From assembly GCA_965223545.1 (NCBI GenBank), contig OZ245006.1, forward strand, positions 5,184,001 to 5,248,000: DNA of 64,000 nucleotides, written 5' to 3'. Position 1 is the stretch's first letter, and the number at the start of each line of letters is the position of its first letter. Made by a program: the position numbers and the translations under genes. Origin of the DNA: Planctomycetota bacterium. Its GTDB lineage: Bacteria; Planctomycetota; UBA1135; UBA2386. Shown here one piece after another: positions 28,588 to 37,888 of this stretch. Under the pieces are notes generated by a model, which saw only the letters and a list, made by a program, of their open reading frames with translations, was not told where the DNA came from and searched no databases.

Positions 28588-28767
28588 AAGGACTCCCCTT
28601 CCGGAGGTAGCAGCCGGTCGTTCCGGCCCCGCTGCCTTTTCGGCCTGTCGACCGACTCGCGTTTAGTCCCGATTCGGAAACGATCGGCGCCGGCGTCGAA
28701 CCGCCGACGGCGGCGCGAGTTCGCGAACCGACGCCGGCCGCTGGGCGCGCTTCGAGGGTTGCGCAGC

Positions 28768-28796
28768 GCCGGATGCGACGCGGCATCCGGCACTAC
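28768..28796 (-). repeat. Single GTAG-type REP-like palindrome
   Basis: Minus strand GTAG-T-GCCGGATGC-CGCGTC-GCATCCGGC. Confidence 0.4.
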
Positions 28797-28908
28797 CCGG
28801 GGACCTCCGGATCAGGGCGATACCTCAACTCGGCTCGCCGGCTTGGCCGATCAAACAGGGCAGCCGCAGCGGAGCTGGCGGCAAAGGCTCGCCCGTGGGC
28901 AGAACACC

Positions 28909-29490
28909 ATGAGCAAGAACAGACGCAAGATCATCGTCGTCAACAAGGACGTGCAGAGGCGGATCGTGCTGTCCGTGGCACTGCTGCCCACCCTGTCTCT
29001 CACCGTGGCAACGCTGATCGTGGCGGTGTTCTGCCGGCGACTGTTGGGCGAGGCGATGCAGACCGACGCCCACCTGCCGAGTCTGGTGCCGTTGTTCGTC
29101 TCGATGCTCGGCTTCGTCGTCGTATCGGCGGCGATCGTCCTGCATCACGCGCTGCGATTCTCGCACCGCATCGCCGGGCCCAGCTACCGGCTGATCAAGT
29201 CGATGGAGCGCTTGCGCAGCGGTGACGTCTCGTTCCGTGTGCACCTGCGCAACGGGGATCATCTGGGCGAAGTCGCGGACGCGTTCAATCAGGTCTTGGA
29301 TTGGCTCGAACGCGACCCGCCCCCCAGCGTAGGCCAGGCGATGGACGTCGTCGAAGCGCCTCAGCCGGAAGAGTTGCCCGAGGTGTGCGGTGGCCGGCCG
29401 GCGACCAGGGACGCGATGTTGGAGATGGAGGCGGCCGAGACGCCGCCGGCGCCGGCCGCGAACACCGACGCCCCAGCGCCGGCGCGGTGA
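28909..29490 (+). CDS. Two-transmembrane HAMP-domain protein without output domain
   Basis: Two transmembrane helices, then SHRIAGP.YRL..SMERL.SGD....V.LR.GD.L.EVADAFN. Confidence 0.8.
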   Translation: MSKNRRKIIVVNKDVQRRIVLSVALLPTLSLTVATLIVAVFCRRLLGEAMQTDAHLPSLVPLFVSMLGFVVVSAAIVLHHALRFSHRIAGPSYRLIKSMERLRSGDVSFRVHLRNGDHLGEVADAFNQVLDWLERDPPPSVGQAMDVVEAPQPEELPEVCGGRPATRDAMLEMEAAETPPAPAANTDAPAPAR

Positions 29491-29574
29491 CGCTCGGCGC
29501 GGCTCGTTCGGCCAGGAACGGCGCCACGGACTTGCACGCCGCCTGGTGCCGCGCACGATTCTGACCGAGGCCCG

Positions 29575-30387
29575 ATGCCATCACCGCTGTTCATCGTCGG
29601 GTCAGGTCGCTGTGGATCGACCTGGCTGTACTCGATTCTCCGCCAGCACCCGGGGATCGCGTTGACCAACGAAGCCAAGGTCATTGATTTCCTCTACTTC
29701 TGTGCCGAGCTCGCCGCGGTGCCGGTGAACCGCCGTGCCGAGTTCTTCACCAACGAGACGGTGGAGATGCGGGGGTTGGTGCACGCCGACTATGTCGACA
29801 CGTTCGTCACCGTCTTCCATCGCCACGTGAAGGCGATCTGCGAGGACTTCTACGCCACCCAGTTCGCCGGACGGGACTACGCGTTCTGGGGCGACAAGCT
29901 CCCCGACCCCCGCGCGGCGGCGACTGCCCGGTGGGTGTGGCCCGACGCGCGCTACCTCGTCTTGGTGCGCGACCCGCGCGACGTCCTCTGCTCGTGGTGG
30001 GCGTTCGCCAAGCGCGCCGACATTGCGCGCGACGACCCCAAGCTCGTCGGCGTGTCGGCGCAGTCGCTCGCCGACTCTTGGCGGCTGCTCTACTCCGGAG
30101 TGCTCGAGCAGCTCGACGGCGCCCTACAGGTTCGCTACGAGGACCTGCGCGCCGATCCTCGGCCGCGGGTTGCCGAGATTCTCGCCTGGTTGGGTTTACC
30201 CTGGGTCAACGGTCTGGACGCCGAGCTCGACGCCGGCCAAGTGTTCGCTTCGCACGGCACCGCCGCGACGCCGGCGGCGACCATCGGCCGCTGGCAGCGG
30301 GAGCTCTCGCAAGAGGACATCCGCACGGTCGAGCGGGTCTGTGGACCGCTGATGCAGCGCTTCGGTTACGTGCTCACCGACCGCTGA
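29575..30387 (+). CDS. Sulfotransferase family protein
   Basis: FIVGSGRCGSTWL (PAPS-binding), WGDKLP, LVRDPRDV..S, RYEDL..DP. Confidence 0.92.
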   Translation: MPSPLFIVGSGRCGSTWLYSILRQHPGIALTNEAKVIDFLYFCAELAAVPVNRRAEFFTNETVEMRGLVHADYVDTFVTVFHRHVKAICEDFYATQFAGRDYAFWGDKLPDPRAAATARWVWPDARYLVLVRDPRDVLCSWWAFAKRADIARDDPKLVGVSAQSLADSWRLLYSGVLEQLDGALQVRYEDLRADPRPRVAEILAWLGLPWVNGLDAELDAGQVFASHGTAATPAATIGRWQRELSQEDIRTVERVCGPLMQRFGYVLTDR

Positions 30388-30443
30388 GGCGACTCCTCCT
30401 GTTGGCGGGCGGCAAGGCTACACTTCTGCGCAGGCCGCCGATC

Positions 30444-31619
30444 ATGAACCGCTCCGACGATCCACGACGCGCGAACACGAAGAAGGTCCTCGACGCCGAG
30501 GCCCGCGGGCTCGGCGCGTACGACGCCTACCCGATGCGGTTGACCCTCGAGCTCACGGCCGACTGCAACCTGCGCTGTCCGCACTGTGAGTTCACACCGC
30601 CGCGCGCCTGGAAGGACAAGAACGACCCAGGGCGCGTGCTGCACGTCTCCATCGAGGATGTGCGCCGCTTCGCCGCGCGCGTGTTTCCCTACATCGAGGA
30701 GGTGGTGCCGTCGGTGGTGGGCGAGCCGATGATGTATCCGCACTGGGACGAGTTCTTGGCCCTGTGCGCGGAGTACGGCGTGTTCGCCGAGATCTACACC
30801 AACGGCAGCTACCTGACCGAGGCCACGCTCGCCAACTTGGCGCCGGTCACCTCCAAACTGATCGTGTCGATGGATGGGGCCAGCCGTGAGACGTTCAACA
30901 TGCTGCGGCGGCCGTCGGACTTCGACGACATCACCGCGCGGCTGCGCAACCTCGCCGCCTGGCGCGCCGGGCTCGAGAAGTCCGAGCGCCCGATCGTGCA
31001 GGTCCACTCCGTGTTGACGCTGCACTGGGTCGACGAGCTGGTCGACATGGTGCGCTTGGCGAAAGACCACGCCATCGACAGCCTCGGCGTCGGTCACCTG
31101 ATCGCCTACAACGATCACTGGCGCAAGTTCGCGCCCGAGCGCGAGCCCGAGCGCACCGACGACGCGCTGCGCGCCGCCGCCGAAGAGGCCAAGCGACTGG
31201 GCGTCAGTGTGCGCCTGCCGCAGCTGTTCGGCACCGGCGAGGATGTGTCGGTGTCGGCGCCGACGGCGTTTCCGCTGACGCCCAAGGTCGTGACGCGTCC
31301 GGCGCCCGAAGGGCGGCGCTACTGGTGCAAGTATCTGTGGCGCGAGCTGTTCATCACGTTGGGCGGCACGGTGGCGCCGTGCTGTGGGTTGGGGCGGCCG
31401 GACGTCGGCAGCGTGCACGAGACCCAGGACTTGGCCGAGATCTTCGCCGACCCCGTGCTCGCCGAGATGCGCACCGGGATGGTCGAGGAGCGCCTGCACC
31501 CCGCCTGCGCCGAGTGCCCGCAGCTGTCGATGTTCAGTGGGCTGAGCTACGACGCCGCGTCCTTCGACGGCACCTACGCGACGCTCGAGGGCGAGCTCGC
31601 CCGCCGCCGCAAGCCGTAG
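30444..31619 (+). CDS. Radical SAM protein with SPASM/twitch domain
   Basis: CNLRCPHC, VGEPM, TNG, SMDGA; C-terminal C.YLW...G.V.PCC...CAEC. Confidence 0.9.
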   Translation: MNRSDDPRRANTKKVLDAEARGLGAYDAYPMRLTLELTADCNLRCPHCEFTPPRAWKDKNDPGRVLHVSIEDVRRFAARVFPYIEEVVPSVVGEPMMYPHWDEFLALCAEYGVFAEIYTNGSYLTEATLANLAPVTSKLIVSMDGASRETFNMLRRPSDFDDITARLRNLAAWRAGLEKSERPIVQVHSVLTLHWVDELVDMVRLAKDHAIDSLGVGHLIAYNDHWRKFAPEREPERTDDALRAAAEEAKRLGVSVRLPQLFGTGEDVSVSAPTAFPLTPKVVTRPAPEGRRYWCKYLWRELFITLGGTVAPCCGLGRPDVGSVHETQDLAEIFADPVLAEMRTGMVEERLHPACAECPQLSMFSGLSYDAASFDGTYATLEGELARRRKP

Positions 31620-31623
31620 GGTC

Positions 31624-32795
31624 CTCAGCGCGGCCATGGCCGCAACCAAACTCGGATGCCGCTCTCGCCGGAGCGGCTTGGAAGGTCCGACCCATCCGCC
31701 GCCGCACTGAGCCAGGAGGCACTGTCTCTCCGAGCCTCCGGCGCGGCGGCGACGTTGCCATGTCGGCGACGTCGCCTCGAGAATGTTGTCGAAGCTCGAA
31801 GATTCGGGGCGCCGGAGGCTCAGCGCGGCCACGGCCGCAACCAAACTCGGATGCCGCTCTTCCCGGAGCGGCTTGGAAGGTCCGACCCATCCGCCGCCGC
31901 GCTGAGCCAGGAGGCACTGTCTCTCCGAGCCTCCGGCGCGGCGGCGACGTTGCCATGTCGGCGACGTCGCCTCGAGAATGATGTCGAAGCTCGAAGATTC
32001 GAGGCGCCGGAGGCTCAGCGCGGCCACGGCCGCAACCAAACTCGGATGCCGCTCTTCCCGGAGCGGCTTGGAAGGTCCGACCCATCCGCCGCCGCGCTGA
32101 GCCAGGAGGCACTGTCTCTCCGAGCCTCCGGCGCGGCGGCGACGTTGCCATGTCGGCGACGTCGCCTCGAGAATGATGTCGAAGCTCGAAGATTCGAGGC
32201 GCCGGAGGCTCAGCGCGGCCACGGCCGCAACCAAACTCGGATGCCGCTCTTCCCGGAGCGGCTTGGAAGGTCCGACCCATCCGCCGCCGCGCTGAGCCAG
32301 GAGGCACTGTCTCTCCGAGCCTCCGGCGCGGCGGCGACGTTGCCATGTCGGCGACGTCGCCTCGAGAATGTTGTCGAAGCTCGAAGATTCGAGGCGCCGG
32401 AGGCTCAGCGCGGCCACGGCCGCAACCAAACTCGGATGCCGCTCTTCCCGGAGCGGCTTGGAAGGTCCGACCCATCCGCCGCCGCGCTGAGCCAGGAGGC
32501 ACTGTCTCTCCGAGCCTCCGGCGCGGCGGCGACGTTGCCATGTCGGCGACGTCGCCTCGAGAATGTTGTCGAAGCTCGAAGATTCGAGGCGCCGGAGGCT
32601 CAGCGCGGCCACGGCCGCAACCAAACTCGGATGCCGCTCTTCCCGGAGCGGCTTGGAAGGTCCGACCCATCCGCCGCCGCGCTGAGCCAGGAGGCACTGT
32701 CTCTCCGAGCCTCCGGCGCGGCGGCGACGTTGCCATGTCGGCGACGTCGCCTCGAGAATGTTGTCGAAGCTCGAAGATTCGAGGCGCCGGAGGCT
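31624..32795 (+). repeat. Head-to-tail array of six 195-bp structured non-coding units
   Basis: Units start at 31624, 31819, 32014, 32209, 32404 and 32599. Units 4-6 are identical, units 2-3 share one substitution, unit 1 has 5. Intergenic between convergent genes. Confidence 0.97.
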
Positions 32796-32804
32796 CAACG
32801 GTCC

Positions 32805-34595
32805 TCAGTCGCTCGCGACGGTGTGGCCGTGCAACGCGCTGAGCAGGTCGGCGAGGGCGAACGGTTTGGTCAGGTAGCCCGTGCACCCGGCCTGACGGCA
32901 GCGCAGCTCGTCGTCGCGCATGGCGTGGGCGGTGAGCGCGATGATCGGCACCGCGCAGCCCGCTTTGCGAAGGGCGGCGGTGGTCGCGTAGCCGTCCATT
33001 CGTGGCATCCGCATGTCCATCAGAATCGCGGACAAGTCGGGATTCTCCTGCCACGTCGAAAGCGCCGCCTGGCCGTCGCCGGCGACGCTGACCTCGAACC
33101 CGTTCAGGCGCAGGTAGCGCTGCACGAGGCGCTGGACCTCCGGACTGTCGTCCACGAGCAGGACGTGGCCGGCGCCGCGCTGGTTCGACGGGCCGTTGCC
33201 GCCGCGGCTCGAGTCCTGCTCGTCGCCGCGCAGCGCGACCGTGATGGTGAAGCGCGAGCCACCGTGGTCGCGCGCCTCAACGGTCACATCGCCGCCCAGG
33301 AGGCGGGCCAGGCGCCGCGAGATCGGCAGGCCGAGGCCGGCGCCACCGTCGCGCAGATCGCTGGGCGCGTCCCCTTGCTCGAACTCCTCGAAAATGCGGG
33401 CGACCCTGTGCACCGGGATCCCGGGTCCGCAGTCCTCGACGCGAAGCGCCAGGCGCTGCCTCTGCGGACCCGCCGACTGGATGCTGGCATGGATGTCGAT
33501 GTCACCGCTGTGCGGTGCCGAGAACTTGATCGCGTTGCCGACGACGTTGATGAGGATCTGCTGCAGTCGGGTCGAATCGGTCCGCACGGTCGCGGGAACG
33601 GCGCTGGACACCGACGTGCGCAAGGTCAGTCCGCGGGAGTTTGCCTGGGGTTGTAAGAGGGTGCGAACATCGTCGAGCAACGCCCTGGGGTCGGTTGCCC
33701 GAAGCTCGACCTGCACTTGCCCGGCCTCCATCTTGCTCAGGTCGAGGATGCTGTTGACCAGCGAGAGCAAGTAGCGGCCGCTGCGCGCGATCGTGTCGAC
33801 GGCGTCGCGCTGTTCGGGAGTCGCGACCTCGCCCAGATCGTGGCCGAGCTGTTCGCTGAAACCCAGGATCGACGTCAGCGGGGTGCGGACCTCGTGGCTC
33901 ATGTTGGCCAAGAACATCGTCTTCGCCCGCGAGGCGTGTTCGGCGCGGTCGCGAGCGGCGCGCAGGTCCGCCGCTTGTTGCTCCAGCTTCTCTTCGGCGG
34001 AAGAGAGCCGCCGCACCGCGCCGCGCAGTTGCTCGATGGTCTGTCTGGCCACGATGCACGAGGCCGTCATCGACGCCACGATGCGCAGGATGTCCACGTG
34101 ACCCTGGTCGAAGTAGTGCGGCTGCGAGTGTTCCGAGTCGAGCACGCCGACGACCCGGTCGTCGTAGAGCATCGGCACCGCCAGCTCGGAGCACCGCGCG
34201 GCGTCGTCGACGATGTAGCGCGGATCCTGCCGGACGTCGCCGACGAGCTGGATCTCGCGACTCGCCGCGGCGGCGCCGACGATGCCCTCGCCGACGGGGA
34301 TCTCGATCGGGTTCAACAGCTGATCGGAACGCGGGTTCTTGGGCCCGTGCGCGGCGGCTTGCACCAGTACGTCGCGCCTGGCGTCGAGCAGATAGACGAC
34401 ACAGTCCTCGAACTCCAGCTTGGCGATAGCCTGCCGGACGACCGTCCACACGACGTCGTGCAGCGTCTTCTGTTGCAGCAACGATTGCGCGAAGTCGCCG
34501 ATCACGCGAGCCTGGTGCTCGCGCCGCTGCAGCTCTACCAGCAGCTCCTCGGTGTTCGGAGGCCGCGGCGCGCCCGCGTCGGATGGAGACGGCAC
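32805..34595 (-). CDS. Hybrid sensor histidine kinase (GAF-HisKA-HATPase-REC)
   Basis: GEGIVG GAF domain, FLANMSHEVRTPL, NVVGNAIKF, EDCGPGI, GAGLGL, LLVDDS..MDMRMP.MDG. Confidence 0.95.
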   Translation of the reverse strand: MPSPSDAGAPRPPNTEELLVELQRREHQARVIGDFAQSLLQQKTLHDVVWTVVRQAIAKLEFEDCVVYLLDARRDVLVQAAAHGPKNPRSDQLLNPIEIPVGEGIVGAAAASREIQLVGDVRQDPRYIVDDAARCSELAVPMLYDDRVVGVLDSEHSQPHYFDQGHVDILRIVASMTASCIVARQTIEQLRGAVRRLSSAEEKLEQQAADLRAARDRAEHASRAKTMFLANMSHEVRTPLTSILGFSEQLGHDLGEVATPEQRDAVDTIARSGRYLLSLVNSILDLSKMEAGQVQVELRATDPRALLDDVRTLLQPQANSRGLTLRTSVSSAVPATVRTDSTRLQQILINVVGNAIKFSAPHSGDIDIHASIQSAGPQRQRLALRVEDCGPGIPVHRVARIFEEFEQGDAPSDLRDGGAGLGLPISRRLARLLGGDVTVEARDHGGSRFTITVALRGDEQDSSRGGNGPSNQRGAGHVLLVDDSPEVQRLVQRYLRLNGFEVSVAGDGQAALSTWQENPDLSAILMDMRMPRMDGYATTAALRKAGCAVPIIALTAHAMRDDELRCRQAGCTGYLTKPFALADLLSALHGHTVASD

Positions 34596-34725
34596 TTACC
34601 GGTGATGTTGGCGTCATGCCAGGGTGCTCGCAAGGGGCGACTCGGCGCCACCCAGTGCAGGCGGGCTCAGATCCACCGATGGCATGGACGCACGCGGCGC
34701 CGCGGTCGGCGCGGCTGTCGCGCGC

Positions 34726-36063
34726 TCAGGGCAAGAAGGCCGCGCGCCGTTCGAGCTTGGCGGGCAGGTACTCGTCGATGACGTAGTTGAGGCCCCACTT
34801 TGCCAGCGCCTGCTGCTCGGCGCGGACTCCCATCTCCAGCAGCTGCTCGATGGCGCGGCGCCAGGCTGCGTGCGCGCGAAAGAACGGGTCGTTCTTCAAC
34901 GCGTCCTTGGCGCGCTTGCGGTCGACGTCGGCGAGCGGATGCGTCGCGTCCTCCAGCGAGAAGTCGATGATGTCCTGCGGCGTGACGCCCAAGAAGCACG
35001 CCTTGGGCACGCAGAAGAACTGGCTCAGGTGCGCGGCGTTGCCGGAGCCGACCTTGAGGGTGCGGTAGATGTTCGAGATGCCGTAGGGATCGCAGTCGAC
35101 GAACGCGTACACCGGGATCTTCAGGTCGTCGCTTAGCTTGCGCGTGAAGCGGCGCGTGGCGCGCGTCGGGACGCCGCCCATCTCGATGATGATGCATCGC
35201 CGACTGCGCCAGAAGCGGTGGTGATGCAGGCGGTTCCACATGCCGCCGGTCTCGATCGCCAGCACGAACTCGGCGTCGGTCTCGAACTTCAAGTGCTCGA
35301 CCGAGTTGGGGATGCTCCAGGCGCTGGTGCCGGTGGCCGCGCAGTCGATGCGGGTCGGGGCGCCGGTTTCCGGGTCGCGGTCGATCACCACCAGCTGTCC
35401 GGCGACCCGGCCGCCGTGTTCCTCGGGCACGAAGCGCAGCTGCTCGCGGTTGACACCTTCGAGCGAGAACATCGCCTCGATGTCGTCGAGCACGGTGTCC
35501 GACTCGGGCTGATCCTTGAACTTGGCATCGCCCCAGTTCTTGGATACGTAGTAGGCCTCTCGCTTGGTGGCGTGATCGTCGATGCCCACCATGTACTTGC
35601 TGAACGCCATCAGCTTCAGCGACTGGGCGAAGACCTTGACGGTGTTGACCGTCAGGGTGCGCTCCTTCGATTTGCGCCCCAGTTGGAAGTGGCCGATACG
35701 GCGGTCGTAGCGGACGTTGGAGAGAGTGCGCACCGGAAAGCGCATCATCGGCTTGCCCAGCCGGGCGATCTTGCGGTGTACGCCGGTGGCCGTGTCGTCG
35801 ATGCTGCGGATCGTGACTTTGTCCATCCGCGACAGGGGGACCTTGCGCCGCGCGGCCTTGGCGGTGGCCTTCTTGGTCGGCTGCTTCTTGGTCGCCTTCT
35901 TCTTTGGAGTCTTCTTCCTGGTTGCCTTCTTCGTGGCGGGCTTCTTCGTGGCGGGCTTCTTCTTCGTCGCCTTGCCCCTCTTGGGTTTTGCCTTGGAGGT
36001 CTTCTTCTTCGCCGGTTTCTTCTTGGGTACCGCCTTCTTCTTGCGTGACTTTTTCGCGGCCAT
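34726..36063 (-). CDS. top6A: DNA topoisomerase VI subunit A (Spo11-like) with Lys/Ala-rich N-terminal tail
   Basis: ATKREAYY (catalytic Tyr), FKDQPESD, AIETGG and DCDPYG (Toprim), EQQAL; follows top6B. Confidence 0.93.
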   Translation of the reverse strand: MAAKKSRKKKAVPKKKPAKKKTSKAKPKRGKATKKKPATKKPATKKATRKKTPKKKATKKQPTKKATAKAARRKVPLSRMDKVTIRSIDDTATGVHRKIARLGKPMMRFPVRTLSNVRYDRRIGHFQLGRKSKERTLTVNTVKVFAQSLKLMAFSKYMVGIDDHATKREAYYVSKNWGDAKFKDQPESDTVLDDIEAMFSLEGVNREQLRFVPEEHGGRVAGQLVVIDRDPETGAPTRIDCAATGTSAWSIPNSVEHLKFETDAEFVLAIETGGMWNRLHHHRFWRSRRCIIIEMGGVPTRATRRFTRKLSDDLKIPVYAFVDCDPYGISNIYRTLKVGSGNAAHLSQFFCVPKACFLGVTPQDIIDFSLEDATHPLADVDRKRAKDALKNDPFFRAHAAWRRAIEQLLEMGVRAEQQALAKWGLNYVIDEYLPAKLERRAAFLP

Positions 36064-36066
36064 GAG

Positions 36067-37800
36067 TCAGAGCTTCCTGCTGCGCTGGAGAACCTCGGTC
36101 AGCTTCGCCACGGTCTTCGCCGTCTGTGCGTCGCTGAGCGACAAGATCTCGCGGAGTGCTTCGCCGATGTGCGGGATGTAGGTCTCGATGTAGCTGCGCT
36201 TCTTGTGCTCCGCGGCCAGCCGCCGTCCCTTGCGAATGTGGGTGCCGAGCTTGCGGCCGCAGTCCTGCAGTGCCAGCCGGATCTCCTTGAGGATCTCCGG
36301 ATAGCCGGCGATGGCCTCCTTCGACTCGGACGTGAAGGGCACCCACACCGAGGCGATGTGCACCAGGATCACCAGCGGGCCGACGGGGACCGTGCCGCGC
36401 GGCTGCTGCAGCCCGTAGCTGCGCCAGTTGGTCGCGACCACCGACTTGGTGATCGCGCACGCGGCCTGTTGGTACAGGAGAGGGACTCGGTTGGCGTAGC
36501 GGATCAGGCGGGCGGGTTCGTCGGCGTAGCCCATCAAGCCGTCGTCGGGCTTGCGCTTCTTCGCCGCTTTGCTCTCGACGATCCGGCCTTCGTCGGTGAC
36601 CTCGAGCGTGTCCCCTGGCCGGCCGAACGCCAGCCCGACCTCGATGGCGAACGGTCGGCCGCGGTAGACCACCGGGGGGCGCGACTTGGCGATGTAGAAG
36701 TCGGCTTCGACCTCCTTGCGCAGGCCGGCGAGAATCAGCTCTTCGCCGATCGGCGCGATGCACGACGTCGACGGGGCCATGATTTTGGTGGCGTCGATGG
36801 CCTTCTTCAGGCGATCGGCTTCCGCGCGGGCGATCCGCCGGGGATTGGCGCGCTCACTCACGCCGGCGCGGTCGCAGATCTCCTTTGCCACCTTGTTGCC
36901 CACCCGGCTGAACTCCTGGTTGAGGAACGCCGTCAGCCAGCGTTGGCTGCTGTCCTGCAGCATTCGAATCAGGATGCCCAGCTCGACGCCGTGGGGGTGG
37001 GGCTTGATCTCGGCGGTCTCCGGCGGGACTTCGTCGGTCGCCCGCTCGTATACGGTCTCATTGCCGTCCGGGTCGGTGAAGCGGATCTCGGCGTGCGGGT
37101 TGGTGACCGCACACAGCTTCAAGAACTCGTCGACGCTGCGCTGGCCGCGCCGGTACTCGCCTTCCATCGTCAGCTCGACCAGCGTGCCCCGTTTGGCGTC
37201 CCATTTGGTCTTGCGCTCGTCGGAAACCGGCTTGTTGCGGGCGGTGTCGATGCGCACGCGAAACTCGCGGGGCGTCGCCCGCGGCCCGGTGCGGCTGACG
37301 ACGCGCACCGGGATGCCCGTCGTCAGCTGTCCGTACATGCCGGCGGCGGAGATCCCGATCCCCTGTTGGCCGCGGCTCTGGCGCAGCCGATGGAACTTGG
37401 ACCCGTAGAGCAGCTTGCCGAAGATGTTCGGCACCTGCTGGGGCACGATGCCCGGGCCGTTGTCTTCGATCTCGATCGTGTAGGTCTGCTCGCGCTTGGG
37501 GTGGCGCTGGATCGCGATGCGCAGATCCGGCGCGCATCGCGCTTCCTCGCACGCGTCCAGGCTGTTGTCGACGGCTTCCTTGACCGCCGTGAGCAGTGCC
37601 TTGCGCGGGCTGTCGAAGCCGAGCAGATGGCGGTTCTTGGTGAAGAACTCCGAGACCGAGATCTCCCGCTGCTTCTTGGCCATCGCCTCGGCGGTGGACT
37701 TGGACCGCGACGACTCGCGGCCGCGGGCTTTGGCGGCTGGCTTGGGGCGGGCCTTCTTCGGTCGAGTCTTCTTCGGACGAGTCTTCTTTGGACGGGGCAT
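36067..37800 (-). CDS. top6B: DNA topoisomerase VI subunit B
   Basis: SVSEFF.KN.HLLGFD, KEAVDNSLDA, EDNGPG, GSKF, SRGQQGIG, RYANRVPL, VPFTSESKEAI. Confidence 0.95.
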   Translation of the reverse strand: MPRPKKTRPKKTRPKKARPKPAAKARGRESSRSKSTAEAMAKKQREISVSEFFTKNRHLLGFDSPRKALLTAVKEAVDNSLDACEEARCAPDLRIAIQRHPKREQTYTIEIEDNGPGIVPQQVPNIFGKLLYGSKFHRLRQSRGQQGIGISAAGMYGQLTTGIPVRVVSRTGPRATPREFRVRIDTARNKPVSDERKTKWDAKRGTLVELTMEGEYRRGQRSVDEFLKLCAVTNPHAEIRFTDPDGNETVYERATDEVPPETAEIKPHPHGVELGILIRMLQDSSQRWLTAFLNQEFSRVGNKVAKEICDRAGVSERANPRRIARAEADRLKKAIDATKIMAPSTSCIAPIGEELILAGLRKEVEADFYIAKSRPPVVYRGRPFAIEVGLAFGRPGDTLEVTDEGRIVESKAAKKRKPDDGLMGYADEPARLIRYANRVPLLYQQAACAITKSVVATNWRSYGLQQPRGTVPVGPLVILVHIASVWVPFTSESKEAIAGYPEILKEIRLALQDCGRKLGTHIRKGRRLAAEHKKRSYIETYIPHIGEALREILSLSDAQTAKTVAKLTEVLQRSRKL

Positions 37801-37888
37801 GCGCGCGTCTGGACCGGTGCGCAGTGTGCTGGCGGCGGAGTGGAAAGTCGAGGATCCGGCGCGGGCTTCGCGCATGATGGGCGGCGTC

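Noticed and set aside
28590..28700. c-di-GMP-I riboswitch upstream of the flhG-like gene
   Set aside because: Only a GGCAGCGGGG-like fragment is present; the GGCAAAC/GAAA/GACGCAAAG core is missing.
31623..31712. Integron attC sites
   Set aside because: The fold-back ends read GCTCAGC/GCTGAGC rather than RYYYAAC/GTTRRRY, there are no cassette ORFs between units, and no integron integrase is present.
31624..32795. CRISPR array
   Set aside because: Whole 195-bp units are near-identical, there are no unique spacers, and no cas genes are in the window.
30366..33656. Long repeat-protein ORFs (810, 666 and 506 aa) across the array
   Set aside because: 195 is a multiple of 3, so stop-free frames propagate on both strands. 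These ORFs overlap well-supported genes in antisense, and the diverged 201-bp and 94-bp copies conserve stems rather than a protein.
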